A stretch of 63,544 nucleotides of DNA, the filler included, from Rhabdomonas costata (lineage: Eukaryota), in NCBI GenBank assembly GCA_019059605.1. It is 47 parts of 47 records of this genome, joined end to end, with 100 filler letters (N's around TTAATTAATTAA, not from the genome) between each part and the next. Parts side by side here need not be neighbours in the genome. Positions count along the whole stretch, not along the records: positions 24,386 to 25,640 come from JAHMHO010021769.1; positions 25,741 to 26,994 come from JAHMHO010021770.1; positions 27,095 to 28,348 come from JAHMHO010021771.1; positions 28,449 to 29,702 come from JAHMHO010021772.1; positions 29,803 to 31,056 come from JAHMHO010021773.1; positions 31,157 to 32,410 come from JAHMHO010021774.1; positions 32,511 to 33,764 come from JAHMHO010021775.1; positions 33,865 to 35,118 come from JAHMHO010021776.1; 39 more parts are not named here. One strand, given 5' to 3'. The position numbers were made by a program, and so were the translations under genes. Below, one piece after another: positions 25,393-37,249 of this stretch (the first letter of the stretch is position 1; each line of letters begins with the position of its first letter). The notes under the pieces are model-generated. The model was not told where the DNA came from, ran no database searches, and saw nothing but the letters and a program-made list of their open reading frames with translations.

Positions 25393-27555
25393 GTGAGAGA
25401 GTTCTTCTCCTTGCGGCCCTTCCTCCGATTTTTATGTCAAATCTGTGAGTTTGGTTACATTCCATTTCGTCTTATCACTTACTGCGGTACGCATGAATCA
25501 ATTTTTTTGGTTAAGAAACTCGCTGCAGGGGCTCAATCAAGAATCCTCATAGTTCTGCTAAATTTTTTAAAATTGAAAAATCGCTGGTTTGTTGCTTCCT
25601 CGCTGCCCAGAAACCCCCAGAAATCCCCGGAAACAACAAANNNNNNNNNNNNNNNNNNNNNNNNNNNNNNNNNNNNNNNNNNNNTTAATTAATTAANNNN
25701 NNNNNNNNNNNNNNNNNNNNNNNNNNNNNNNNNNNNNNNNCCCTGGGTGCGCCATGGTACGCCTCTCTCCCCCCCCCTCTCTCTTTCCTTCGGAAACTTT
25801 TCATGCTTTGGGAGTTGAAAAGTTCTCAGCGCCGAACTTTTCACAGGATAGCAGTTGCTGGGAAAGAGGGTGCGCATGTGTGTTGTAAATAGTGAACAAT
25901 GAAGAAAGGGCAAGCAGTGTGTGTTTGTGCGTGGTGCGTGCGTTCATTTTTTCGCAACCCAGAAACCGCGGTTTAATGTGCCTTTGACATTTCTTAAGGA
26001 TCTATACCCATTTGCAGAAGGGTGGGAGAGGAATAAGGGTTGGTAGCTGGATGGGTGCAGAAAGACCTCCAAATTTACAGTGCCCTGAGTGTGTAGTGAT
26101 GGTGGTGGTGGGAGAGGGTTGCGTGGGTCGATTGGTAAACGACCCTTACCGATTTGCAAGTGTGCAGTCGAGCATTGGGTTGCCCTTGTCTGTCTGGCGG
26201 TTAAAATGGCTGCCCATTTGTTGAGGTGCTGTGTTGTGTTGAGGTACCTTTGTGGCCCCAGTGATGAACGAATGAGGAAAAGGGATTCCCTCCATCTCTC
26301 TGCCCCACTCTTTCTCCCTCCCTCTCTTTAATTTTCCTGTGTCTCCCACAGGTTTTGGAGAAGAATGCAGATGGCGTGTCATTCCACCTGTTCGTCGCAC
26401 CGCACTCCCCGGAGCACCTCCTCTGGCACGGGTGCGGGCGCAGGCGATAGGGGAACGTAAAAAGGAAAGGGATACGGACTGAAGAGGAGCTGCAGGTGCA
26501 CGCTGGGGACCGTTTCATATTTGTGATGGGACAGATTGAGGAGGGCGGATCGGGGGTTGGGAATTCTTTTCGGAATGCTTTGCTGTTTTTGAAACTTGCG
26601 TCATGTTTTTTTTGAGAGGGCGGGGCGCACAGCTATCGCACTGACACCACCACCGCGGCGATGTTCTTTCACTGCGACCAGGCCCACGAGATAGGAAACC
26701 TGGACAATTTTCTGCTGACCAGGCTGCTGCGCTCGAAGCCCGTTCTGTTTTACGCGTATGCTGCGGGTCATGTGCATGCCATGTGTGCGGGTCGGTCTCC
26801 GTGAAAGGATGCCAATTCACCCACACAAATCAGTGTGTCGGTGGGTCATGAAGAGCTTTGGATTTGAGTTATGAACCAGTGGAGGAGGAGGGCAAATGTT
26901 CCCTCAAATACCAGTGTTTCGTCTTTTTGTCGCTGCCCCCTGCAGCGGTCGACCACCTTTCTCCGCACCGGAATGCCGCCTTCCCCACCCCAACNNNNNN
27001 NNNNNNNNNNNNNNNNNNNNNNNNNNNNNNNNNNNNNNTTAATTAATTAANNNNNNNNNNNNNNNNNNNNNNNNNNNNNNNNNNNNNNNNNNNNTTGTTT
27101 TGTGGGTGTACCACTCACTTGATGTGAGTAGTCCAGCTTTCTCGCGATGGGTGTACAAAACGGGGTACTTGCCTGTTTAGGCTTTCGTCCCTCTATTCTT
27201 AGTGTGCGGGCTATCTTATCGTGATTGAAGCACGCGTTACGGCTGTCACTCAATCGCGAGAGCTGGTAGTAAACTTTCTCTTGGACGGGGGCTTCGATGG
27301 ATGGACATGACGATGAACGGTTTACCACGACCTTATTAAATTCCTCAACAATGCCATGCGCTACGTGTGAGCGCGTGCACACACATAACAATACATATCA
27401 TTTCAACCACACCGCACGTGCCACCTCACCAGGGTGAAGGCGGAGGCCTATGTTTTGATCAACGTAGTGGAGTTGTGCTAACTTGGGTATGAACCTCGCT
27501 TTGGAGGTCAAGAGGTGTTGACATCTTGTGCTCGACCGCATTCATTCTTTTCGGG

Positions 27556-27782
27556 GTCCTTTCGGGGAGCCGAACGGCTGCGTTGTGGGACCTTCGCTTG
27601 AGACAGCGCGAGGTTAATCTTCGCGAGCACAGCGAAAGGATATGGCAGGCGGTGTTCGCTGATCCATTGGGGCGGAGAGTGGTTACTGTGAGTTGGGACC
27701 GCATGGCAAGGTGTGGGACCTGCGGCAAGGCACAGCACTCACCTCCTTCCAGGGTCACACCCGTCCGGTGCGATGCTGTGTG
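27556..27782 (+). pseudogene. Degenerate inverted copy of the WD40 exon at 27921-28223
   Basis: VLSGSRTAALWDLRLRQREVNLREHSERIWQAVFADPLGRRVVTVSWDRMA, then a 1-nt deletion frameshift into VWDLRQGTALTSFQGHTRPVRCC; acceptor AG replaced by GG; truncated. Confidence 0.85.
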
Positions 27783-27920
27783 GTGAGCTGCCTCCCCCCC
27801 CCCACACACAATCGAATATCCATACGTATACAGTGTCTGGCCAAAATACACAGGAAAAGGAAGAGCCAGGTAATGGGGAAGCAAGAGACGCCACCAACTC
27901 CACCCAACATCCCACAATCG

Positions 27921-28223
27921 TCATGCCGGCAGTAGCCATGTCCGAAGGGAGCCACCGAGACATCCGCTCGCCACCAACTCATCCCACACTGCACAGCATC
28001 GCACCGGACGGGTGTGACCCCGGAAGGTTATAAGCACTGTCCCCTGACGCAGGTCCCACACCTTTGCCGTGCGGTCCCAACTCACAGTAACCACTCGCCG
28101 CCCCAATGGATCAGCGAACACCGCCTGCCATATCCCTTCGCTGTGCCCGCGGAGGGTCACCTCACGCTGCCCCGAGCGAAGGTCCCACAGTGCTGCAGTG
28201 TTGTCATAGCTCCCCGAAAGAAC
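27921..28223 (-). CDS. WD40-repeat protein, terminal exon
   Basis: TTTCTAG acceptor; VLSGSYDNTAALWDLRSGQREVTLRGHSEGIW...VSWDRTAKVWDLRQG...FRGHTRPVRCCAVWDELVASG...TWLLPA*. Confidence 0.9.
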   Translation of the reverse strand, partial: VLSGSYDNTAALWDLRSGQREVTLRGHSEGIWQAVFADPLGRRVVTVSWDRTAKVWDLRQGTVLITFRGHTRPVRCCAVWDELVASGCLGGSLRTWLLPA

Positions 28224-28518
28224 CTAGAAAGAAAAGCGGTCAGAGACAAAAAGAAACACGAATCACCTTACTGAATACAATACGATCATAAACAAGCAAA
28301 TGGAAGACGAATGCAAACGCTACACAAAACCCCCACACACACCCAACANNNNNNNNNNNNNNNNNNNNNNNNNNNNNNNNNNNNNNNNNNNNTTAATTAA
28401 TTAANNNNNNNNNNNNNNNNNNNNNNNNNNNNNNNNNNNNNNNNNNNNAGAAGGAAAGTTTCGTGTTAAAAGGATCATCCATCCAAAGTGAAGGTTCACG
28501 TGTAAGGTTGCACAGAAC

Positions 28519-29321
28519 CTTCAGTACGAAGCCCAGGCCCAGGGTGGAGGAGTAGGTATAGGCCGCCATCACGTCCACGTGGCGGTAGTCTCGGGTGACG
28601 GAATAACCGTTATGCCCCAGAAGTGCGCTCGTCATGGGTCCGAAGTGCCCCGGCCACTGCACACACGTCTGGTCCGACGAGGAACAGGAGAAGGGGTACT
28701 TGTAGGTCGTCAGTACCGTGGGCAGCGAGTCACCCTCCGCGGTGGTGGTGCTGGTACTGATGGTACCCACCATCAGCTCCATGCTGGAGCCCGTCTCTTG
28801 GGTGTTCCGAGCGTTGGCGAAGCTCACCACCTCATTGATGCTGTCCCACAACAACTGCTTGCTTTCCAATTCCATCACAACACCTGAGACAGATGAGAAT
28901 GTATGGAACACACCTTTAGGCCCCTCACCGACGTTGCTCCTGCTGTTGGGCCCACGACCGAAGACCAAAGACCCTCCTCATACAGCGGCAGGAAGGATAC
29001 GGCCTCTGCTTACCGGTTGGATCGTCTGTGCAGGCCGACTATGGTCAGAAATGCACCGAAAACACGGAGCTCCCACACTGTTGCTGTCCTCCATTACCAG
29101 ATGCAAGAATCACATACACCTGAAGTGGAAAAAGCAATCAGCCCAGAACACTTCGGTGACTGCAAATTCTGTTTCCTTGCCCCTACTGTTGATTCGTCCC
29201 TTTCAAGTCTTTAGCATTACACACAGCAAAACAGTCAAGGGGCGCAGCAAACCCACGCCGAGGTCATCCAGGCAAGCATAGCCGGCAATGACCTGGGTTC
29301 CAGTGTAGTCAAGCATTTGGC
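28519..29321 (-). CDS. Cache-like sensory-domain protein, exons 29321-29253 and 28883-28519
   Basis: Two similar motifs: MLDYTGTQVIAGYACLDDLGVG|VVMEL and PMTSALLGHNGYSVTRDYRHVDVMAAYTYSSTLGLGFVLK, matching the DY(R)GxxVxAAY...GLGxVxK end of Cache domains; phase-1 GT-AG intron. Confidence 0.72.
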
Positions 29322-29812
29322 CTGAACAGAGAAGTTTGACAAAAAAAAAAACCATGAAACATAGAGTGATGTAGCTCCAAAAGTGTGAGGGAAACTTTTT
29401 AGCATTGGTCACCAAAAGAGAAAAGGACTTTTGCTCGGTTCACAAACTTTTACGAAGCAGCATCCCAGTTTTTTCTGGTTACAACTCAGCAAGCGTCTAA
29501 TGCGAGTCGAATCAACCTCTAACTCTTCATTGATACGCGACCACGATCCAATCATGAGTCATTGCCACACAACAGCAAGACACACCTGCGCCTGTGCTGC
29601 CGTTTACCACCGCAAGCTGCAGCGCTTGGTCCAACCCACACCCCCCTCGGGGGCACGTCTTCGGAAACCCCCCGCCCAGCAGCTGGTACCCCGACGTGCA
29701 CANNNNNNNNNNNNNNNNNNNNNNNNNNNNNNNNNNNNNNNNNNNNTTAATTAATTAANNNNNNNNNNNNNNNNNNNNNNNNNNNNNNNNNNNNNNNNNN
29801 NNAAGTTTACAT

Positions 29813-30136
29813 TTGTTAAAATATCTTGAAATAAATATACCAATCGATAATTTTGATTTTACTCATTTATTACATTTAAAATACTTAGAAACATTATATT
29901 TACATATATTTTCATTTTCATCTAATACAGATGAATTTAACAGAAAATTACAACAAATCATCGATAATATTACATTAAATGTATCTGTTTTAATATTATC
30001 ATTTGAAATTGGAATTAAAACTGTAAATATTTCGTTTAAACATTTAATACTATTGTCATTATTAAAATTAATTAAACTCGATATATCATCAAACATTTTA
30101 AAAAACAATAACGTTGATGTCGAATATGTAATGTAA
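29813..30136 (+). CDS. 5'-truncated AT-rich ORF, LRR-like; putative giant-virus gene
   Basis: LKYLEINI, LKYLETLYL and LKLIKLDISSN leucine-rich motifs; intronless, very low GC. Confidence 0.6.
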   Translation: MLKYLEINIPIDNFDFTHLLHLKYLETLYLHIFSFSSNTDEFNRKLQQIIDNITLNVSVLILSFEIGIKTVNISFKHLILLSLLKLIKLDISSNILKNNNVDVEYVM

Positions 30137-30164
30137 AAAATAAAAATTATATAATTTTTATTTT
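30137..30164. terminator. Perfect 28-bp palindrome directly after stop codon (candidate Mimiviridae-type 3'-end hairpin)
   Basis: AAAATAAAAATTAT|ATAATTTTTATTTT begins right after TAA at 30134-30136. Confidence 0.6.
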
Positions 30165-30184
30165 CTTATTTAAATTAAATAAGT

Positions 30185-30511
30185 ATGTCTTTTTTCCATT
30201 TTTATACAGCATGGGCTTTCTTATTACATATTTTATATTTATTAAATATTCTACCTAATACTTTTTCTGTTTCAATGTGTGTATTCATTGGCAGTCTTTA
30301 TTTATCTCATGTTTATCCTAATTATTACAACACTTTACACAAAAATAAAAAATTTAAATATTTACTTATTGATATTTTTTTTCATTATTTACCTGTTCTT
30401 TTACTTCCTTATTCTACAGAACATATTGAAATTTTCTTTATATCATTCTGTATCTATTTACTTGTATTTCGTCATCAAGTTGTTTGTATCTATAAAGATC
30501 TAAGAATTTAA
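30185..30511 (+). CDS. Small multi-pass membrane protein (108 aa), putative giant-virus gene
   Basis: Complete ATG-TAA ORF with about four hydrophobic segments; tight gene packing; no Shine-Dalgarno seen. Confidence 0.7.
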   Translation: MSFFHFYTAWAFLLHILYLLNILPNTFSVSMCVFIGSLYLSHVYPNYYNTLHKNKKFKYLLIDIFFHYLPVLLLPYSTEHIEIFFISFCIYLLVFRHQVVCIYKDLRI

Positions 30512-31051
30512 TTTTTTATATTTATTCACTAAAATATTTTTACATCTTGTTATAAAATAACTTATTACATTTTCTTTTTTATATGAATATTGTTTGTTTA
30601 ATGCATTATCTATATCTCTTTGTAATATCATTGTCTTATCTATTAAAAATAATGGTAAACTTATACATTTAACTATATTCTGTTTAGCATTTATGATATC
30701 ATTTAAATTATAGTATGCCAATGCTAACATGTAATTAATATAAACATCATTACATTCAACTTGTTGTAATAAATTAATTACACTATTATATTGTTTGTCA
30801 TGCATCCATATATATGCGGTTGCTTTTATTCTTAAATATTCACCTATATGTTTTGTTTTTGAAAAATATACAAAATCTTCATATTTATCAAAATAAAACA
30901 ACATATTAAAATATAATTTATTATACATTGCAATATCAACTATCAATACATAATTTATTAATGTTGTCATATGAATACAATCTTTTTTTATCAATAATAT
31001 ATTTATAAATATATCAATATCAAGTAAATTCATTTTATATTGACTAACCAA
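30500..31051 (-). CDS. AT-rich hypothetical protein with TPR-like segment, putative giant-virus gene
   Basis: 183-codon open frame in very AT-rich DNA; VYINYMLALAYYNLNDIINAKQNIVKCI is TPR-like; overlaps the convergent ORF by 12 bp; start uncertain. Confidence 0.65.
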   Translation of the reverse strand: MVSQYKMNLLDIDIFINILLIKKDCIHMTTLINYVLIVDIAMYNKLYFNMLFYFDKYEDFVYFSKTKHIGEYLRIKATAYIWMHDKQYNSVINLLQQVECNDVYINYMLALAYYNLNDIINAKQNIVKCISLPLFLIDKTMILQRDIDNALNKQYSYKKENVISYFITRCKNILVNKYKKLNS

Positions 31052-31157
31052 AAACANNNNNNNNNNNNNNNNNNNNNNNNNNNNNNNNNNNNNNNNNNNN
31101 TTAATTAATTAANNNNNNNNNNNNNNNNNNNNNNNNNNNNNNNNNNNNNNNNNNNNT

Positions 31158-32239
31158 GCGGCGGAGAAGAAGCTGACGATCAAGCATATTCTGCAGACTC
31201 ATGCCCACATCGACCACATATATGGGCTGAAAGCCACCAAAGACCTTCTTCCAGACTGCCCCGTATGGATATCTCCCTCGCTCTGGCAGTTTTCTCAATC
31301 TCTTGTCAAGAAGGAAGGAAACGTCCTTTCAACCCTTTTTTTTTGCAGTATCTAAACGATTGGCCCCGAACGTTTCCAGCCCCCTGGGCCATCTGCCATT
31401 TTGCATTTGCATTTGAGCATTCGGCTGTCGTTTTTAGAGCAGTGCATTTTTTGTCAGCCGATTGTGGTTTTTTGCGGTGGTCAATTGAGCTTGTGCGGGC
31501 ATGTAGCACACGGCTCATCTAATTTCTCGTTGTAGAAGGTCTGGTGGCTATTCTGGGGCCATGTTTTCAGGTGTATCTTCACAAAGAAGAGCGCGTGTGG
31601 TACGACTCTGTCGAGATGCAGGTGAGAAAACTTGCAGTTTCCAGCCTGTGCAATACCGTGCGGATCGCGCGTTTCTTTCTGCGTGCTAATTGATAATCAA
31701 GGCTAACGTGTACGACTCGTAGTGTTTGGTAGCTTTTGGTTCCCAATTGGGCGCAGAGATGGTGAGCGAATTCCATTTGGGGCTTTCGCCGTTTTATTCG
31801 GATGTTTTTGTTGAGGCGATGGGCTCTCTACGGACACTTTTGCTTTTTGTTTAGACCTATAGACCTTTCATCCGACTCTGTTTGATCTGCTTCACGCAGG
31901 GACGAATGTACGGGATGGAATGCCCCCAGCCAGCGCGTATGCCGTTGCCCCCCCCTCTCTCTCCCACGCTCGGGTGGAGTGAATGGTTGGGATGGGACTC
32001 TCAGAGGCGTTTGTCTTTCAAACTTCTGAGATGAGATCGGCAATGAAATCAGATGTCTTCTGTGCGTGCGCCCTCCCACACACAAAAAAGCCCCCGATGT
32101 GGAGGTCGAGGACAACGACGTGGTCACGGTGGGGCGGCTCACCCTCTCTGTGCTGCACGTCCCTGGTCACTGCCCCGGCCAGGTCTGCTTCTACTGCAAG
32201 GAGCACAAGTTTATGATCTGCGGAGACCTCCTCTTTCAG
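31158..32239 (+). CDS. Metallo-beta-lactamase fold hydrolase (glyoxalase II / YcbL-GloC-like); exons 31158-31262, 31571-31621, 31900-31936, 32091-32239
   Basis: ILQTHAHIDHIYG (HxHxDH), VYLHKEE, HVPGHCPGQVCFY, ICGDLLFQ; all introns GT-AG in consistent phase. Confidence 0.92.
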
Positions 32240-35200
32240 GTCCCCTGTGTGCCTTTTGCGATGCTGTCCTCCTAATTCCACGACCCACAAACGTTCCAGC
32301 CTACCAGGCTTAATTCACATCAACGATCACCTTGAAAAGGGAAAAGGTAGGCCTGGAAAATTCCACACGACCATCGTCTTTTCATATGTGCCATTCAATT
32401 GACACCATGGNNNNNNNNNNNNNNNNNNNNNNNNNNNNNNNNNNNNNNNNNNNNTTAATTAATTAANNNNNNNNNNNNNNNNNNNNNNNNNNNNNNNNNN
32501 NNNNNNNNNNAGGAGACTTGTGGTTAAAATGGGTCTCATGTTGGTGAACGTGAAGGTAGTTGGCGCCCGTGGGGTGCTTCTGGCGCCCTTTTCATTCTTC
32601 CAGCGCTACAGGCGCTCATCTTATGTGCACAGAAACACAAGATGATCACGAAAGCATCGTCCCCAAATTTTGCTGGGTTGAGCACCTCTCGTCGTCCACT
32701 GGTTGTCCACTTTGTCGAACTGGATGCCCACAGACGGCAACTCGGGAGACCCGGATGCTTACAGCCGACCGTACGCCGCAGTGTGGATGCCAACAACTCA
32801 ATTGCAATGTGCGCCACGGAAGTTCCGCTGCCCCTGGGTTTCTCGCGCGAACAGTCGCGTCCTGCTGCCGTCTGGTCACAGCCTGCTGCCTTGGTTCCAC
32901 GTAGGTCCGACAGGCGTGGGCGAACAAGTTTCTAGCACAAGGAACATTTGCAGAATTGGTCAGAAAAAATTTAAAAGCTGGGCGGCCGTTTGACAAGTTG
33001 GGCGGTCGTCTGCATCCGACACCCATGGTTGCGCGTTACAGGTGTTTGTGAGGTTCATTTCAGGCTGCGGTGCATGTCCTTCTCTCACTAGTCGCTGGAA
33101 GTAGTCGTTGTCCCGTTGTGCCAGATCTTCGAGGTCGTCGCTGCTCCTCGCCCATGTCCCTGTCAAATGGGATTTCCATTCGAAGACCTGGTGATACGAT
33201 TAACTCGTACATCCTGCGAGCTGCGCAGTGGACTAATCTTTCGGAGGGTCAGATCGACGTTGACGCTTACTCGCTATGGGACCCATGGGCTGAGGCCGCC
33301 ATCGAAGCTATTTGGAAGTCGAAGAACAGCACGAAGACCAATTGCTCTATCGGTCACTGGCCACTCGATGTCCACGTGTATGGATGCACGACGTCCAGAG
33401 AAAGACAATATGTCCTGATAAAGCGGGAGGTCTCCATGGTCGACGTGTTGACTGCATTTGGAGCTACCCAGTCAGGGCGTCTCAAGCGGCGGATCTCCGT
33501 GGAGGTAATGCCCAACGAAAGTATCGACCATTATTACGTTCACCCTCAGTGGCGCTTATGGTAGATTGTTACTAATCAGGACTGTGCCATCGACCTGAAA
33601 TATTCCGTCTCTTGCCTCTTTGCGGCGCGTTGGTCGTCATAGCGCCCATCAAGTTGCACGGCCAAGCCAATGGTGCAGCTGTTGCACTGGGGAAGTTCTG
33701 ACATGGATTCGTGTCTGCGTGTCCTGCTCTACCACCACATCCGGTATCTGGCCTGATTTCAGGCNNNNNNNNNNNNNNNNNNNNNNNNNNNNNNNNNNNN
33801 NNNNNNNNTTAATTAATTAANNNNNNNNNNNNNNNNNNNNNNNNNNNNNNNNNNNNNNNNNNNNAAGAACCTGCACCCAAATAATGAAATCTGGCGAGAC
33901 AGCGCACAGTTTTTCTGATGAAATCCATGAATGCCGTTCACGCCTTATCGCCCCACAAAAGCGAAATTTGGTGAACAAGCAATGAAAAGTAGAGACTAAA
34001 AAAGTCATTGTATTTTCCAACCGCATCAAATCCAGAAATATGCTCAATAAATTACAAAGTATGGGAAACCAGTGACATTTTCCCAGGTAGGAGGGCGTGA
34101 ATTGCGCCATGGATATGGCTTCTATTTTTAAAATCTATCAATGTGGCTGCTGACTCTTTGGGGTTTTGTTACACGGGCATTCGCTCCAATTTTGCGCCTA
34201 AAATAGTTTTAATCGGCGCAAATATTGAGTAGACGTCACAAAAGCCCATGAGTAAGTGCGGAGAGAGAACGGAATTAGTGGCAGTTACCCTGATGGGTAG
34301 TAAATCTATCAGGATCAGGTGGGAAAAGGTGTGCCAAAAAACTCTTCGGGGGAGGAGGGGTCGCATGGCAGTTTCTACACAGGCTCGTCTCACACAAGCT
34401 CGTACCTTGAGGTCCAGCAAAAATACAAGGAACCTAGAGGGCAAAATCGCCCAAAATTATACTGTTTACCCTCCGGCACAATGAAATAAACTCGGTGGAA
34501 CCCGCTGAAAAATATATGCCGAAGAAACAACCAGAGGACAGATGACTGATGTCGGGCTCCACATGAAGATGTATGCATGTGCGTTTTCAGAAAATGCAAA
34601 ATGAAATCGGGGAACAGCAGGAATGTCAGGATCAGGATGTCAAGAAAAACGAGAAAAGAAGAAAGGCAACCGCACAAAGGTACAATAGAGAGAGCGAGAA
34701 GGTGGACTGATTGCCATGATACACATCCGCACGTCACGTCTTCCTTGACAACCCTGAGAGGCGCACAGCGCCTCTACTTGTGGAATATTTAATGCCCTCC
34801 CTCCCTCCCTCCTTCCTTCTCGCTTTTGGCTGCGGGATCATACCTTGCGCTCCTTACTTTTTCTGCAGTGCCGCGTGTACTCGCCTTGCCGCCGCTTCGG
34901 TGGCAAACACTCTTCCGTTCAGGGCAAGACTGACCGCTACGGTATCGGTCTCAAGCTGCACCACGCGCGGCGGAACAGGGGCGTCTCATTGCGAAGTAAT
35001 AGCCTCGGAACTTTGCTCGGGCTACATCTCCGCCTGGTTTAATTATCCAGCACTCCCCCAATTGTGAGGGGTTTTCGTAAATTCCCAGGAACGTTCTTTC
35101 CTGGGAATTCACCAAAACNNNNNNNNNNNNNNNNNNNNNNNNNNNNNNNNNNNNNNNNNNNNTTAATTAATTAANNNNNNNNNNNNNNNNNNNNNNNNNN

Positions 35201-35640
35201 NNNNNNNNNNNNNNNNNNGGTTTGTGGGTCGTCGCTTTTGCAGGGAATAAAAATCTGGTCAAGTTGAGTTGAACTGGTCTGGATTAGACACTCCGAGGGC
35301 CGGAGGGCAAGCAGAGGTCCGAGTGGGAAGCCATATTTCTGGTGATTCGCATTCTCTAGAACCACTTCAGGTTTGCAAGAATTCGATCGAAAAAAGTAGA
35401 GCACGCCCCGAACGATCGGACACAGTGCATAACAATGCACTGGCAAGGCAAGGGAACGGGGCCGATGACATTCGACCAGTGCATCTGTTGGAAAGTGTGA
35501 AGTTGCATTGGGTTCAGAGAGAAAGAAGCGCGGGGAGTGGGGGTAAACACTCAACAATGCTGACATACGTGATTCCTCGATCTGCAGGGCGAGAACATAT
35601 GCTTCCTGCGTCTTGGCAGAGCCCCAACAGAACGACTCTG

Positions 35641-35671
<31 letters not shown>

Positions 35672-36976
35672 TTCTAAGCAATAACCAGCGAAAAAATCAC
35701 GCTATGCTGAATGCTTGGTCAGTAACCAAAGAGGGTCACACGCACACTGACCGGCAGACGGTACACCCACCCACCTCGCTGCGTCCACTCTGCCTTGCTT
35801 ACTCTTCGTGTAATTTGCCTTATTCCTGGGTAATCCTCTGTCTCTCTTCTCTCGCAAGGGACTCAAAGGGAAGAACACAGCACCTCCCCACCAACGCATA
35901 TAGGAAGACACACACACCTAAGAGAAACACCAGCACTGCCTGCTGACCCTTTCGCGCGGCGCGCATCAGAAGAGTCTCCGCGGAGCCTCCACTTTGCAGC
36001 TGCAGCAGATTGCATGTAACCTGCGAGTGTTGCGGAGACCCCCACGAAGAGCAAGCACAATCGTTTAGGCCGGCACTTGATCAAAACAACAATATCCTCA
36101 AGTGTTTCGCATTAATTGGACTTCTACGACACATGGAGGAGGCGCACTAATACGCACACTAACATAACTCCCGATATCCCATTTGCTTATGCCCCCACGT
36201 TTCTGCGCATTTGATCAGCGGAAACAGGACAATGTCGGATGCCTTGATGGACGTTCGTTTGGGTGCCGAACAGCACGAAAGATCTGCTGAACTGACACGT
36301 CCCGCGGTAACCATAGCAATAAAAAAATACATCCCACCAATACGGCCCGCAGGCATTCGAGTGCAGACCAGCCGCGCAGACTTGAACCGAACTGAAAGCA
36401 GCAGCCGTGAGCGAGGAGTTTCGCTGTGCCAGACCAAGAGAGCAAACCACAAAACACCACACACACCCACCACNNNNNNNNNNNNNNNNNNNNNNNNNNN
36501 NNNNNNNNNNNNNNNNNTTAATTAATTAANNNNNNNNNNNNNNNNNNNNNNNNNNNNNNNNNNNNNNNNNNNNAAGATCTATACACACAAATACAGGGTT
36601 CAACGATCTCGTTTAATAAAACAAAAGTATACGAATTTGCTTTACAATGTGCTGAAAAGAAAGTAGGTATATCACAACTTTGTTAGATAGCAAATAATAA
36701 TCCTCCCCAAAAAGCAACTAAGCCATACTTACAACTGTATATAGACAGTTCTAAATATGCAGATATAATTGTCATGTATTTTCGTAAGTCATATTATGCA
36801 TTGTTAAAATGCAATGAAAAATAAATATTTTTCTTTAAATATGTATATTTAAAGTAAAATAAAAATTAAAATATTCATATATTGTAAAATTCACAAAAGG
36901 AATAACTTCAAGTTACCGCTTGCTTCGGTATTGTTGATTTTCGTTCAAATACACTGTTTTGCCTAAAGTCGTTACT

Positions 36977-37249
36977 ATGGCAAATGAATTGTTTGCCAAT
37001 GTGAACGAAGAACTGCTTCGAAAGTTTAAAGATGCCGAAAGAAAACTGACGAATGCAAAACTTCGACTTGATGCAGCGACGTTGAGCTCTGCCGAGGAAG
37101 AAATCAAAAAAGTTCTGATTAAAGATGCAGAGAAAGTCAGAGACATTGCTCTGAACGAGTACAATAGCCTACTAGAACCGGTCATTGAACAGTTGGAGAT
37201 GATCGGCCTTCAAAAATTGGACGAGAGCATGCGTAATGCCGTATGGTAA
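36977..37249 (+). CDS. 90-aa coiled-coil hypothetical protein in an AT-rich contig
   Basis: ATG...TAA ORF MANELFANVNEELLRKFKDAERKL..., higher GC than very AT-rich flanks; no introns. Confidence 0.65.
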   Translation: MANELFANVNEELLRKFKDAERKLTNAKLRLDAATLSSAEEEIKKVLIKDAEKVRDIALNEYNSLLEPVIEQLEMIGLQKLDESMRNAVW

